Assembly (NCBI GenBank): GCA_021159265.1
Contig: JAGGSD010000108.1
Coordinates: 1 to 42,288, forward strand
Direction of reading: 5' to 3'
Origin: Syntrophobacterales bacterium
GTDB lineage: Bacteria; Desulfobacterota; Syntrophia; Syntrophales; UBA6807
DNA: 42,288 nucleotides
The notes beneath the pieces were generated by a model. The model made no database searches. It was given only the letters and a program-made list of their open reading frames with translations, and was not told the origin of the DNA. Both the position numbers and the translations under genes were made by a program. Positions 17,549 to 26,232 of this stretch are shown in pieces. Within the stretch, counting starts at the first letter, position 1; the number at the start of each line of letters is the position of its first letter.

Positions 17549-17639
17549 CAGGTTCAAAGTTCAACGGTCCACGGTTCAAAAACGATGAACATAGCCGGGA
17601 TGAAGATAAGGCAACCGTGTGTGAACCTGACAACCTGAG
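17549..17639. repeat. Imperfect palindromic intergenic element (GGTTCAA / TGAACC repeats)
   Basis: CAGGTTCA (17549-17556) pairs with TGAACCTG (17622-17629). GGTTCAA-like units are repeated on the left arm and AACCTGA units on the right arm. Confidence 0.5.
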
Positions 17640-17682
17640 TAATTGAGATGATACTACGTAAATTTAAAAAGGAGTAATAGAA

Positions 17683-18885
17683 ATGGCAGAAGGTATAAAA
17701 AATAAAGTCGCTATTGTCGGCATGGGGTGCACCAGATTTGGAGAACATTGGGACAGAAGCGCCGAATCACTGGCCTCTGAGGCATTTGAAGAGGCCATTG
17801 CCGATGCGGGAATTGAAAAGAAAGATATTGATGCAGCCTGGTTTTCAAGTTGTTTCGATGAAGTCAATGTAGGAAAAAGCGCCATCCCTCTGGCGGGCGC
17901 TCTAAAATTGCCGTTTATTCCTATCACCAGGGTGGAGAATTTCTGCGCCAGCGGCACCGAGGCCATCCGGGCGGCCAGTTATGCCGTGGCTTCCGGGGCG
18001 TGTGACGTAGCACTGGCATTGGGAGTGGAAAAGTTGAAAGACATCGGTTACGGCGGTCTGCCGGATTTCAGCCAGCTTCGGGGCATATATAACCGGCAGA
18101 TATTCCCCAATGTTACGGCGCCGGGTCAGTTCGCCATGCTTGCAACCAGGTATTTTGACAGATACGGCCTCAGCCCGGAAGAGGGCAAAAGAACACTGGC
18201 AAAAATATCCTCAAAAAGTCACGCGAACGGAGCTCTGACCCCCAAGGCTCATTTACGGAGAAAAGTTGATGTTGAAACTATTATGAACGCTCCCATGATT
18301 GCCTGGCCTTTAGGTCTCTTTGATTGTTGCGGCGTTACGGAAGGGTCGGCGGCGGCCATTATTGTCAGAGCGGAAGACGCCAAGAAATTTCGCAAGGATC
18401 CAATTTATGCTAAAGCTCTTCAGATTGCTGTCAGCCCGGAAGAGGAATATAGATATCAGCAGTGGGACGGGACGCATGTAGAGACAACCTATCGTTGCGG
18501 GGTAAATGCCTATAAAGAGGCCGGCGTGAAAAATCCTCGTGAAGAGATAAGCATGATGGAGGTGCACGATTGTTTTTCCATAACTGAACTGGTGACATAC
18601 GAGGATTTGCAGATCTCGCCCAGGGGGAAGGCTAAAGAGGATATAGATGCGGGCTTTTATGACCTGGATGGGAAAATACCGTGTCAATCGGACGGGGGCC
18701 TGAAGAGTTTTGGCCATCCTATCGGCGCTTCCGGTATAAGAATGGCTTATGAGGTGTATAAACAGCTCCAGGGAAAATGCGGGGAACGGCAAATTAGAGA
18801 TCCTCACCTTGGACTTACCCATAATCTGGGAGGTTTCCCGGCAAACTGTGTAATAGGAGTTACTATTTGGGGGAATGAACTGTAA
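17683..18885 (+). CDS. SCP-x / archaeal-type thiolase (partner of the DUF35 protein)
   Basis: VAIVGMGCTRFGEHWD N-terminus, nucleophile VENFCASGTEAIR, HDCFS and GGLKSFGHPIGASG. These are typical of non-specific lipid-transfer-type thiolases. Confidence 0.88.
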   Translation: MAEGIKNKVAIVGMGCTRFGEHWDRSAESLASEAFEEAIADAGIEKKDIDAAWFSSCFDEVNVGKSAIPLAGALKLPFIPITRVENFCASGTEAIRAASYAVASGACDVALALGVEKLKDIGYGGLPDFSQLRGIYNRQIFPNVTAPGQFAMLATRYFDRYGLSPEEGKRTLAKISSKSHANGALTPKAHLRRKVDVETIMNAPMIAWPLGLFDCCGVTEGSAAAIIVRAEDAKKFRKDPIYAKALQIAVSPEEEYRYQQWDGTHVETTYRCGVNAYKEAGVKNPREEISMMEVHDCFSITELVTYEDLQISPRGKAKEDIDAGFYDLDGKIPCQSDGGLKSFGHPIGASGIRMAYEVYKQLQGKCGERQIRDPHLGLTHNLGGFPANCVIGVTIWGNEL

Positions 18886-18926
18886 CCTGCTAATATGTTT
18901 CAGAGAACAATAGAGGAGGTGTCGCA

Positions 18927-20264
18927 ATGGCAACAAGGAAATTAGCAGAGTTTGTTTACAAGACTTCGTTTGAAGATATACCTCAGGAGGTCAGGGAGCA
19001 CTCCAAACTTGTGTTTCTTGACTGGCTGGGCGCCGCGTTGGCTGGATCAGGAGAAGGAATAGCTTCCGTTATGCTGAGATTTATTGATGATATTGATGGC
19101 AAGAACGGGCCTGACCAGGCCACGATTATTGGCAAGAACGTCAAGACAGATATGCTCAAAGCGGCCCTCATCAATGGTTCAATGTCCCACGCCCTCGATA
19201 TCGACGATTACCATGGCCCGACTCTGTGTCATCCGACAGTAACCTTTTTACCCGGTATCCTGGCGCTGTCTCAGCAAAACCACTTGGAAGGAAAAGATAT
19301 CATCACTGCCATGACAGTGGCCTTTGATATATTAGTCAGGGTAGGATACGGGGCGAAGAGGATTCACTATGACCGGGGTTGGCATGCCACTTCAACCCTG
19401 GGAAAGTTCGGAGCCACGGCAGGCGCCGGCAAATTGTTAAAACTGGATGTTGATGGATTAATAAATGCTTTTGGAATTGCCGGAACGGTGGCGGGAGGAG
19501 TCCGCCAGGTATTCGGTACCATGGGCAAACCCTTCCATGCAGGGAAGGCTTCTATGGACGGGCTTCTGGCAGCGCTTCTGGCTCAGTCAGGTTTTCAATG
19601 TTCAAAGGAGATCATTGAAGGTGAAAACGGGTTTATGACGCTCTTTTCCGATGATCCGGATTTAGACACAATGCTTGATCAGTTGGGAGAGTATTATTAT
19701 TTGCCTACTGTGAGCTTTAAACCTTATGCCTCATGTGGCGGCACACACTCGACCATAGATATGATGAAGGAACTTCGAGAGAAAAATAATATCAATGTGG
19801 ATGATGTGAAAGAAATAAGAATAGACGCAGGCAAAATAGCGTTAGATGCAGCCGGCAAGGTTGCGCCAAAGACCGGCCTTGAGGGAAAATTCAGTACTTA
19901 TTATTGCGCGGCAGTGGCGTTGGCGGAGGGTGCAGCGAGCCCCGATAAATTTACCGATGAAAAAGTAAATGATCCCAGGCTGGTAGCGCTGAGGCAGAAA
20001 GTGAAAATAAGTGTTCCTGAACCGGACCTCGGTTTTGCTTTACGTGCAGTGATACAGATGAAGGATGGAACTGAATATTCGGCCTCCACCGATGCCCCCA
20101 GGGGGGACCCCGCAAATCCAATTTCTTATGATGAACTTGCGGAAAAATTCAGAGGTTTGACAAAAAACGTAATATCCGAGGCTAATGTTGAACAGTTGAT
20201 AGATAAAATAAAAACACTCGATCGAGTATCAGACATTGAAACGTTGCTGGATCTTTGTTCATAG
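18927..20264 (+). CDS. MmgE/PrpD-family protein (2-methylcitrate dehydratase superfamily)
   Basis: 445 aa. The N-terminus LAEFVYKTSFEDIPQEVREHSKLVFLDWLGAALAGS is typical of the family. GAGGAGG precedes the ATG. Confidence 0.85.
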   Translation: MATRKLAEFVYKTSFEDIPQEVREHSKLVFLDWLGAALAGSGEGIASVMLRFIDDIDGKNGPDQATIIGKNVKTDMLKAALINGSMSHALDIDDYHGPTLCHPTVTFLPGILALSQQNHLEGKDIITAMTVAFDILVRVGYGAKRIHYDRGWHATSTLGKFGATAGAGKLLKLDVDGLINAFGIAGTVAGGVRQVFGTMGKPFHAGKASMDGLLAALLAQSGFQCSKEIIEGENGFMTLFSDDPDLDTMLDQLGEYYYLPTVSFKPYASCGGTHSTIDMMKELREKNNINVDDVKEIRIDAGKIALDAAGKVAPKTGLEGKFSTYYCAAVALAEGAASPDKFTDEKVNDPRLVALRQKVKISVPEPDLGFALRAVIQMKDGTEYSASTDAPRGDPANPISYDELAEKFRGLTKNVISEANVEQLIDKIKTLDRVSDIETLLDLCS

Positions 20265-20301
20265 AACCGGAAACATATAGAGTGAAACAGGGGGAGTAAT
20301 A

Positions 20302-21966
20302 ATGACTAAAGAGACCGAAATTGCAAAAGAAAAGAAAAGATGGGAGGCGGAAACACTTTCCGGCCAGTCGTATAAAAAAAATGTGAAGGCCATGCTTACG
20401 GGTGTCGATCTCGATGTCGACGTTCTTTATACGCCTGCAGACATTAAAGATACGGACTATTTAGAAGATATTGGTTTCCCCGGCGAATTTCCCTTTACAC
20501 GAGGTGTCTACCCCTCAATGTACCGTGGAAGGCTGTGGACGATGAGACAGTATTCGGGATTTGATACTCCGGAAGAATCCAATGCAAGGTATAAGTACCT
20601 GTTGGCGCAGGGGAATACAGGACTCAGTGTGGCCTTTGATCTTCCGAGCCAGATGGGATACGACTCCGACAATGAAGACATTGAGGAAGAAGTGGGAAAG
20701 GTAGGCGTGGCCATCAGCACATTAAAAGATATGGAAATCCTTTTCGACGGCATCAATCTGGGTGAAATTACGACTTCGTTTACCATTAATGGAATCGCCT
20801 CCATTATTCTTGCCATGTATGTTGCCGTTGCGGATGAACGGGGCATTCCTCGAGAGAAGATAGGCGGGACCATTCAAAACGATATACTGAAGGAGTATGC
20901 CGCGAGGGGCACTTACCTGTATCCCCCAAAGCCGTCGCTGCGGCTGGTTGCGGACGCCATTGAATATTGTATGAATGATGTTCCGAAATTCAATCCTATC
21001 AGTATATCGGGCGGACATTATCGAAGTGGGGGCGCGAGTATGGTTCAGGAAGCTTCGTTTACCATGCTGAACGGGATGACCTATATTGAGTCTATAATTG
21101 CCAGGGGTATTGACGTGGATAAATTTGCGCCCCGGTTGAGTTACCTTCTGGTGAATCACTGTAACATTTTCGAGGAAGTTGCCAGATATCGCGCTGTCAG
21201 GAGGATCTGGGCGCATGTTATGAGAGACAGGTTCAATGCGAAAGACCCGAGATCCATGATGTTCCGGGTTTACTCCGCCGGATGCGGGGATGTCTTAACA
21301 TACGCGGAACCGGAAAATAATATTGTCCGGTTAACCCTGATGACCCTGGCCGGTATCCTGGGAGGGAGCCAGGCCTATTTTACACCCGGCTATGATGAAG
21401 CCTATGCCCTGCCGACTGAGGAGACAGCGCTGTTAGGTCTTCGCACACAGCAGATCATTGCCTATGAATCGGGAGTGCCCAATACCGTGGATCCTCTTGG
21501 AGGTTCCTATTATATAGAGTGGCTTACCGACAAAATCGAAGATGAGATCCTGAAGTATATGAAACATCTGGAAGAGAGAGGGAATATGGTCGAGCTCGTT
21601 GAGCAGGGTTATATCCAGAGTGAAATGGCCAGGATTGCATTTGAGAAGACCAAGAAAAAGATGTCCGGCGAGGAAGTGGTGGTGGGAGTCAATAAATTTC
21701 AGGCCTCGGAGAAGAAAGAACAGATTCAGCTTCACCAGACAGATCCAGAGGTAATTAAAAAACGTATAGAGAGTGTGAAGCAGGTGAAAAAAGAGCGTGA
21801 TAACGACAAGGTTGCTCATTGTTTGAAGGATCTGAAAAAAGCGGCAGAGGGGACTGAGAACATGATGCCTTATATACTGGAAACAGTGAAGGCCTATGGA
21901 TCGGTGGAGGAGATTGTTACGACCCTGAAGGAAGTATTCGGAGAATTTAAAGAGCCGCTGATATAG
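20302..21966 (+). CDS. B12-dependent acyl-CoA mutase large subunit, paralogue 4 (keeps the MCM Tyr/Arg carboxylate clamp)
   Basis: GEFPFTRGVYPSMYRGRLWTMRQYSGF, GLSVAFDLPS, GTIQNDILKEYAARGTYLYPP, FAPRLSY and DPLGGSYYIEWLT. Confidence 0.9.
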   Translation: MTKETEIAKEKKRWEAETLSGQSYKKNVKAMLTGVDLDVDVLYTPADIKDTDYLEDIGFPGEFPFTRGVYPSMYRGRLWTMRQYSGFDTPEESNARYKYLLAQGNTGLSVAFDLPSQMGYDSDNEDIEEEVGKVGVAISTLKDMEILFDGINLGEITTSFTINGIASIILAMYVAVADERGIPREKIGGTIQNDILKEYAARGTYLYPPKPSLRLVADAIEYCMNDVPKFNPISISGGHYRSGGASMVQEASFTMLNGMTYIESIIARGIDVDKFAPRLSYLLVNHCNIFEEVARYRAVRRIWAHVMRDRFNAKDPRSMMFRVYSAGCGDVLTYAEPENNIVRLTLMTLAGILGGSQAYFTPGYDEAYALPTEETALLGLRTQQIIAYESGVPNTVDPLGGSYYIEWLTDKIEDEILKYMKHLEERGNMVELVEQGYIQSEMARIAFEKTKKKMSGEEVVVGVNKFQASEKKEQIQLHQTDPEVIKKRIESVKQVKKERDNDKVAHCLKDLKKAAEGTENMMPYILETVKAYGSVEEIVTTLKEVFGEFKEPLI

Positions 21967-22008
21967 ATTAACCGCAGGATGTACCTGGCGTGGGGGGGGA
22001 TAATTATC

Positions 22009-22515
22009 ATGAAAAACTTATCTGTTCTGGTTTCCGGAATTGATAAAGTGGGCGAATTTTTTCTCAGGGCATGTGCCTTTTTATTGTTATTGATGCTTGT
22101 AACTGTTCTTTATGATGTTTTGATGAGATATTTCTTTTCGAGGCCGACTTCCTGGGCGCTGGAGATAAATGAATATTTCTTTATCTTTCTTTCAATAATG
22201 CCGGCAGCCGAAATATTACGTCAGAAGAAACATATAGGTCTGGATATATTTTTAAAAAAATTGTCCGGAAGACGTCAGCTCTACGTTGAGATATTTTATT
22301 CGATTTGTATGCTCTTCTTTTCTTCAATCGTGGTCTGGCGGGGATTTGAAATGACTGCTAATGCCTACAAATTTGGTATGGCCTCCAGTTCTCTGCTGTC
22401 GTTTCCCCTCTTTATCCCATATTCTCTAATCCCCGCTGGTTTTGGGTGGTTAAGCTTGCAGTTGGTTGTTAAGATCGGCAGTAATATTAATATGTTAGCG
22501 GGGAGGTACGAATGA
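22009..22515 (+). CDS. TRAP transporter small permease (DctQ-type)
   Basis: About 168 aa, four hydrophobic segments, with a 4-bp ATGA overlap with the following DctM gene. The start could also be 21979. Confidence 0.8.
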   Translation: MKNLSVLVSGIDKVGEFFLRACAFLLLLMLVTVLYDVLMRYFFSRPTSWALEINEYFFIFLSIMPAAEILRQKKHIGLDIFLKKLSGRRQLYVEIFYSICMLFFSSIVVWRGFEMTANAYKFGMASSSLLSFPLFIPYSLIPAGFGWLSLQLVVKIGSNINMLAGRYE

Positions 22516-23816
22516 GCGTAACATTTGCCGCCATTTTAGTATTCATCATATTATTGCTGCTTATTTTTATGGGTTGCCCGGTTTTTGCTTCTCTCGGCAT
22601 TTCCGCAACCATCGGTATTCTACTGCTGCGAGGATGGGTGGGGGTGAGTCAGATTCCCTCCACGATGTATGGACAGTTATCAAGCTTTGTCCTGATAGCC
22701 GTTCCAATGTACCTGTTAATGGGCGATGTTCTTTTTAAGACAGGTATCGGTGCTGATCTTTATGATGTGTTCAGTAAATGGTTTAACCGTATTCCCGGTG
22801 GATTGGCAATGGCCAGTGTCTTTGCATGCGCAGTGTTTGGGGCCATGTGCGGCATCAGTATTGCCGGTGTCGCAACGATTGGAGTAATAGCAATTCCCGA
22901 AATGTTAAAAAGGGGGTATAGCCCGCCTCTTGCAGCCGGGTCTGTGACGGCAGCCGGGGCTCTGGCCATGCTGATTCCGCCAAGCCTGCTTTTTATTCTG
23001 TACGGCGCTATAGCCGAAGTGTCTCTTGATAAACTTTTTGTGGGCGGTATTGTTCCCGGTCTGATTCTGGCATTAATGATGTGTATTTATATCGCGATTC
23101 GCGTATTGATTAATCCCCAATCAGCGCCCATGCCGGATGAAGTTATTACATGGAGCGACAGGATTCGACCGTTAAAGAGACTCTGGCCTGCGATTCTGCT
23201 TATTGTATGGGTCCTGGGTTCCATATATGGTGGAATTGCCACTCCTACAGAAGCCGGAGCTTTCGGCGCCGCAGGGGCCTATCTCATTGCCATATTTGTT
23301 TATCGTACTTTCAGCCTGAAGATGCTTGCCGAAACGTTGTTGACCACTGCCCGTACTACCGGTGCAGTGTGCCTTATTGTAGCTTGCGCCATGGTATTTT
23401 CCCAATTCATGAATCTGGCCAGGGTTCCTGAAAACCTGGCGCAATTTCTGGTTTCACTGTCTATGCCTGATTGGGTGCTTATGTTTATTGTTATGGTGTT
23501 TCTTCTTATTCTGGGCATGCTCATTGACGGCGCATCAATGGTTCTGGTTACCACTCCCATCCTGCTGCCGGTTGTGGTAGCCGCCGGGTATGACCCCCTG
23601 TGGTATGGAATAATACTGGTTCTGAATTTGGAAATGGCGGTCATAACGCCTCCGGTGGGTTTAAATCTATATACCTTAAAGAGTGTTACGGATGCGGTGT
23701 CAATGGCCGAAATACTCCGCGGGACGATGCCTTATGTCGCCGTGGAATTTGCCTGTTTGATGTTTTTTGTGTTTTTCCCGGAATTGGCGCTATGGCTGCC
23801 GTCAACTATGAAATAA
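22512..23816 (+). CDS. TRAP transporter large permease (DctM-type)
   Basis: 434-aa polytopic membrane protein. Paralogous along its length to 28641-29933 (for example PTEAGAFGAAGA vs PTEAGAVGMILS; ITPPVGLNLYTLK vs ETPPVGLNLYVLK). Confidence 0.9.
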   Translation: MSVTFAAILVFIILLLLIFMGCPVFASLGISATIGILLLRGWVGVSQIPSTMYGQLSSFVLIAVPMYLLMGDVLFKTGIGADLYDVFSKWFNRIPGGLAMASVFACAVFGAMCGISIAGVATIGVIAIPEMLKRGYSPPLAAGSVTAAGALAMLIPPSLLFILYGAIAEVSLDKLFVGGIVPGLILALMMCIYIAIRVLINPQSAPMPDEVITWSDRIRPLKRLWPAILLIVWVLGSIYGGIATPTEAGAFGAAGAYLIAIFVYRTFSLKMLAETLLTTARTTGAVCLIVACAMVFSQFMNLARVPENLAQFLVSLSMPDWVLMFIVMVFLLILGMLIDGASMVLVTTPILLPVVVAAGYDPLWYGIILVLNLEMAVITPPVGLNLYTLKSVTDAVSMAEILRGTMPYVAVEFACLMFFVFFPELALWLPSTMK

Positions 23817-23954
23817 GCGACGGGAAAAAGAGGGCGTTATGAGTGTGGCGGATCACGATCGTTCGGGCCATTCTCGTAGCAGTTAATAGTAAACTTCATA
23901 ACTTAACATTCCGGTGATTTGTTGTAACGCCGGATTATAAAAAAGGGGGTTATC

Positions 23955-25004
23955 ATGTTAAGGGTAATTTTTACAAGGAGTAAACTGGCGGCGGTGAAAG
24001 TCTTTGTGATGTTTTCCATTGTGATGTTTTTACTTACGACGGGCTTTGTGGCGGTTTCCAGTGCCGGAGAGAGCAACAAAGAGTTAAAACTGGTTATGGC
24101 GACATATCTCCTGCCGGCATATAAGGGGATATTCCCTGCGCTTCCAAGATTTGTTGATTATGTGAATGAGCATGGAAAGGGGATAGTGCAGATTGATTTC
24201 TATCATTCAGGGACTCTTCTAAAAGCGAAGGAATTGTTATCAGGCGTCCAGTCAGGCACAGCGGATATTATTTTTCAGACAGATGCCTATATAAGTGGGA
24301 CTTATCCGATGTTGGGCGCCATCCAGCTTCCTCTGCTTTATAACAGTGAAGAGGAGAGATATCAGAAAAATAAGCTTGGCACTCCGGTTTCCCATTTTTT
24401 GCGTGAAAAGATGAAAGAGAAAGGGATGGCTTTGCTGGCTATCGGTCAAGTTCCTACGGAATATATCTGGACAGTCAAAAAACCGGTGAGAAAACCATCG
24501 GACCTGAAGGGATTGCGTATGAGAGTTTCAGGGAAGATCGACTCTAAAACCGTGGCTACATTTGGCGCTTCTCCCGTCAGAATGCCTTCAGCCGAGGCGT
24601 TCATGGCTCTCAAACGGGGGGTTGTTGATGGCATAATGGCTTATTCCGGCACTATAGCAGGTCGGAGATTAGATGAAGTTCTAAAATATTGTACAATTGG
24701 CGCTTTTGGCAATATGCACGTGCTTATATTGACCCCTCAGGAGCGCTGGGAAAGCTGGCCGGAAAACGCGCGCAAGATCATTATGGAGGCGGCGAAACGA
24801 TATGAAGCCGATATGTATAAGACATGCACGAAATATATCGAAACTTTGTTCGAGACAAGGTTCAAAAATATAAAAGTAATCAGGCTTGATGACAGAGAAA
24901 GGTCCGCTTTTAAAAAAGACCTTACCCAAACCTACAGCTGGTGGGCGAATATGGTGGGAAAAAGTGAAGGCGAAAGGGCGCTGAAGATTGTCCGGGGCAA
25001 ATGA
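23955..25004 (+). CDS. TRAP solute-binding protein (DctP-type), copy 1
   Basis: Signal-peptide-like N-terminus. DctP-family strings HGKGIVQIDFYHSGTLL and LKGLRMRVSG (carboxylate-binding Arg region). GGGGG precedes the ATG. Confidence 0.88.
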   Translation: MLRVIFTRSKLAAVKVFVMFSIVMFLLTTGFVAVSSAGESNKELKLVMATYLLPAYKGIFPALPRFVDYVNEHGKGIVQIDFYHSGTLLKAKELLSGVQSGTADIIFQTDAYISGTYPMLGAIQLPLLYNSEEERYQKNKLGTPVSHFLREKMKEKGMALLAIGQVPTEYIWTVKKPVRKPSDLKGLRMRVSGKIDSKTVATFGASPVRMPSAEAFMALKRGVVDGIMAYSGTIAGRRLDEVLKYCTIGAFGNMHVLILTPQERWESWPENARKIIMEAAKRYEADMYKTCTKYIETLFETRFKNIKVIRLDDRERSAFKKDLTQTYSWWANMVGKSEGERALKIVRGK

Positions 25005-25112
25005 TTTCATCCCATGGGAGGGGTATTTCAGCGACAAAAGTAACAATTTTTCCTGAACGGTATACCCGCTGCTTGCGGCGGGGTATCGCATTGAAATTAC
25101 GGAGGTATAAAA

Positions 25113-26141
25113 ATGAGAGATTCAAAGTTGAAGAGATTTTGTCTGCTGTTTTTAGTCGGAGCAATCTGTTTTATCCTGGTGGGACAGACTGGCATTTCTT
25201 ATGCGGGAACCCACAAAGAACTGAAACTGGTTATGTCAACGTATATCCCCGCGAGCTACAAGGATATTCACCCATGGCAGCAAGGGTTTGTTGACTATGT
25301 GAATAAACATGGCAAGGGTATAGTGCAGATAGATTTTTATCACTCAAGCACTTTGCTGAAATTGAGAGAAGCGATCCCGGGACTGCAGGCAGGCACGGCG
25401 GATATCATTCTTCATCAAGACTCCGCCATTCAGGGAACCTATCCTATATTTGGCGTTACCGAGCTTCCATTCATATATGATAATTATGATGATTATGTAA
25501 TGGATTGCAGAATCGGGTCACCCCTGTTTAATTTGATCAATAAAGAACTCAAAAAAAAGAACATGTTTATGATTGCTGCCGCCGCGAATCCGTTTGAGCA
25601 TATCTGGACATTGAAACCCGTCAGGAAACCGGAAGACATGAAAGGTTTGAAACTAAGGTGTTCCGGCAGAATTGAGTCACTGACGTTAAAGGCTCTTGGA
25701 ACAGCGCCTGTCAGTATGCCGTCGGCCGAGGTTTTTATGGCAATGAAAAGAGGAACGGTGGATGGTCTGATGTCTTACCCTGGAACCGTGGGAGGGCGCA
25801 GGCTTGATGATGTTGTTAAATATTGCACCCTGGGTAATTTTGGCGCGTATATGACCCCGATATTTACGACTCGTGATCGGTGGGATAGCTGGCCTCAGGA
25901 TGTAAAAGATGTCATGATCGAAGCGGGAAGGGAATATAATTTCAGAAATGCATTGAATGGCAGAATTTATCTTCTGGAGACTTATTTCCCGAGATTTAAC
26001 CGAAAAATAGAAATGATAAAGCTCACGAAGGAAGAGATTGCAGCATTTAAAAAAGCGACAAAACCTGTCTATGACACCTGGTTAAAACAGGTTGACAAGA
26101 AAGTCGGGGAAAAGGCGCTGGCTATTGTTCAAAATAGATAG
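25113..26141 (+). CDS. TRAP solute-binding protein (DctP-type), copy 2 (tandem paralogue of copy 1)
   Basis: Shares long strings with copy 1 (KELKLVM, HGKGIVQIDFYHS, GTADII, MPSAE, VDG, VKYCT). GGAGG precedes the ATG. Confidence 0.88.
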   Translation: MRDSKLKRFCLLFLVGAICFILVGQTGISYAGTHKELKLVMSTYIPASYKDIHPWQQGFVDYVNKHGKGIVQIDFYHSSTLLKLREAIPGLQAGTADIILHQDSAIQGTYPIFGVTELPFIYDNYDDYVMDCRIGSPLFNLINKELKKKNMFMIAAAANPFEHIWTLKPVRKPEDMKGLKLRCSGRIESLTLKALGTAPVSMPSAEVFMAMKRGTVDGLMSYPGTVGGRRLDDVVKYCTLGNFGAYMTPIFTTRDRWDSWPQDVKDVMIEAGREYNFRNALNGRIYLLETYFPRFNRKIEMIKLTKEEIAAFKKATKPVYDTWLKQVDKKVGEKALAIVQNR

Positions 26142-26232
26142 AAAATAAATAGGTAACATAAAATTTTGCGGAGCTTAACTTTTGGGCTATGGATGAAGAA
26201 TGAGGATTGAATTATTTTAAGGGAGTTACAGT

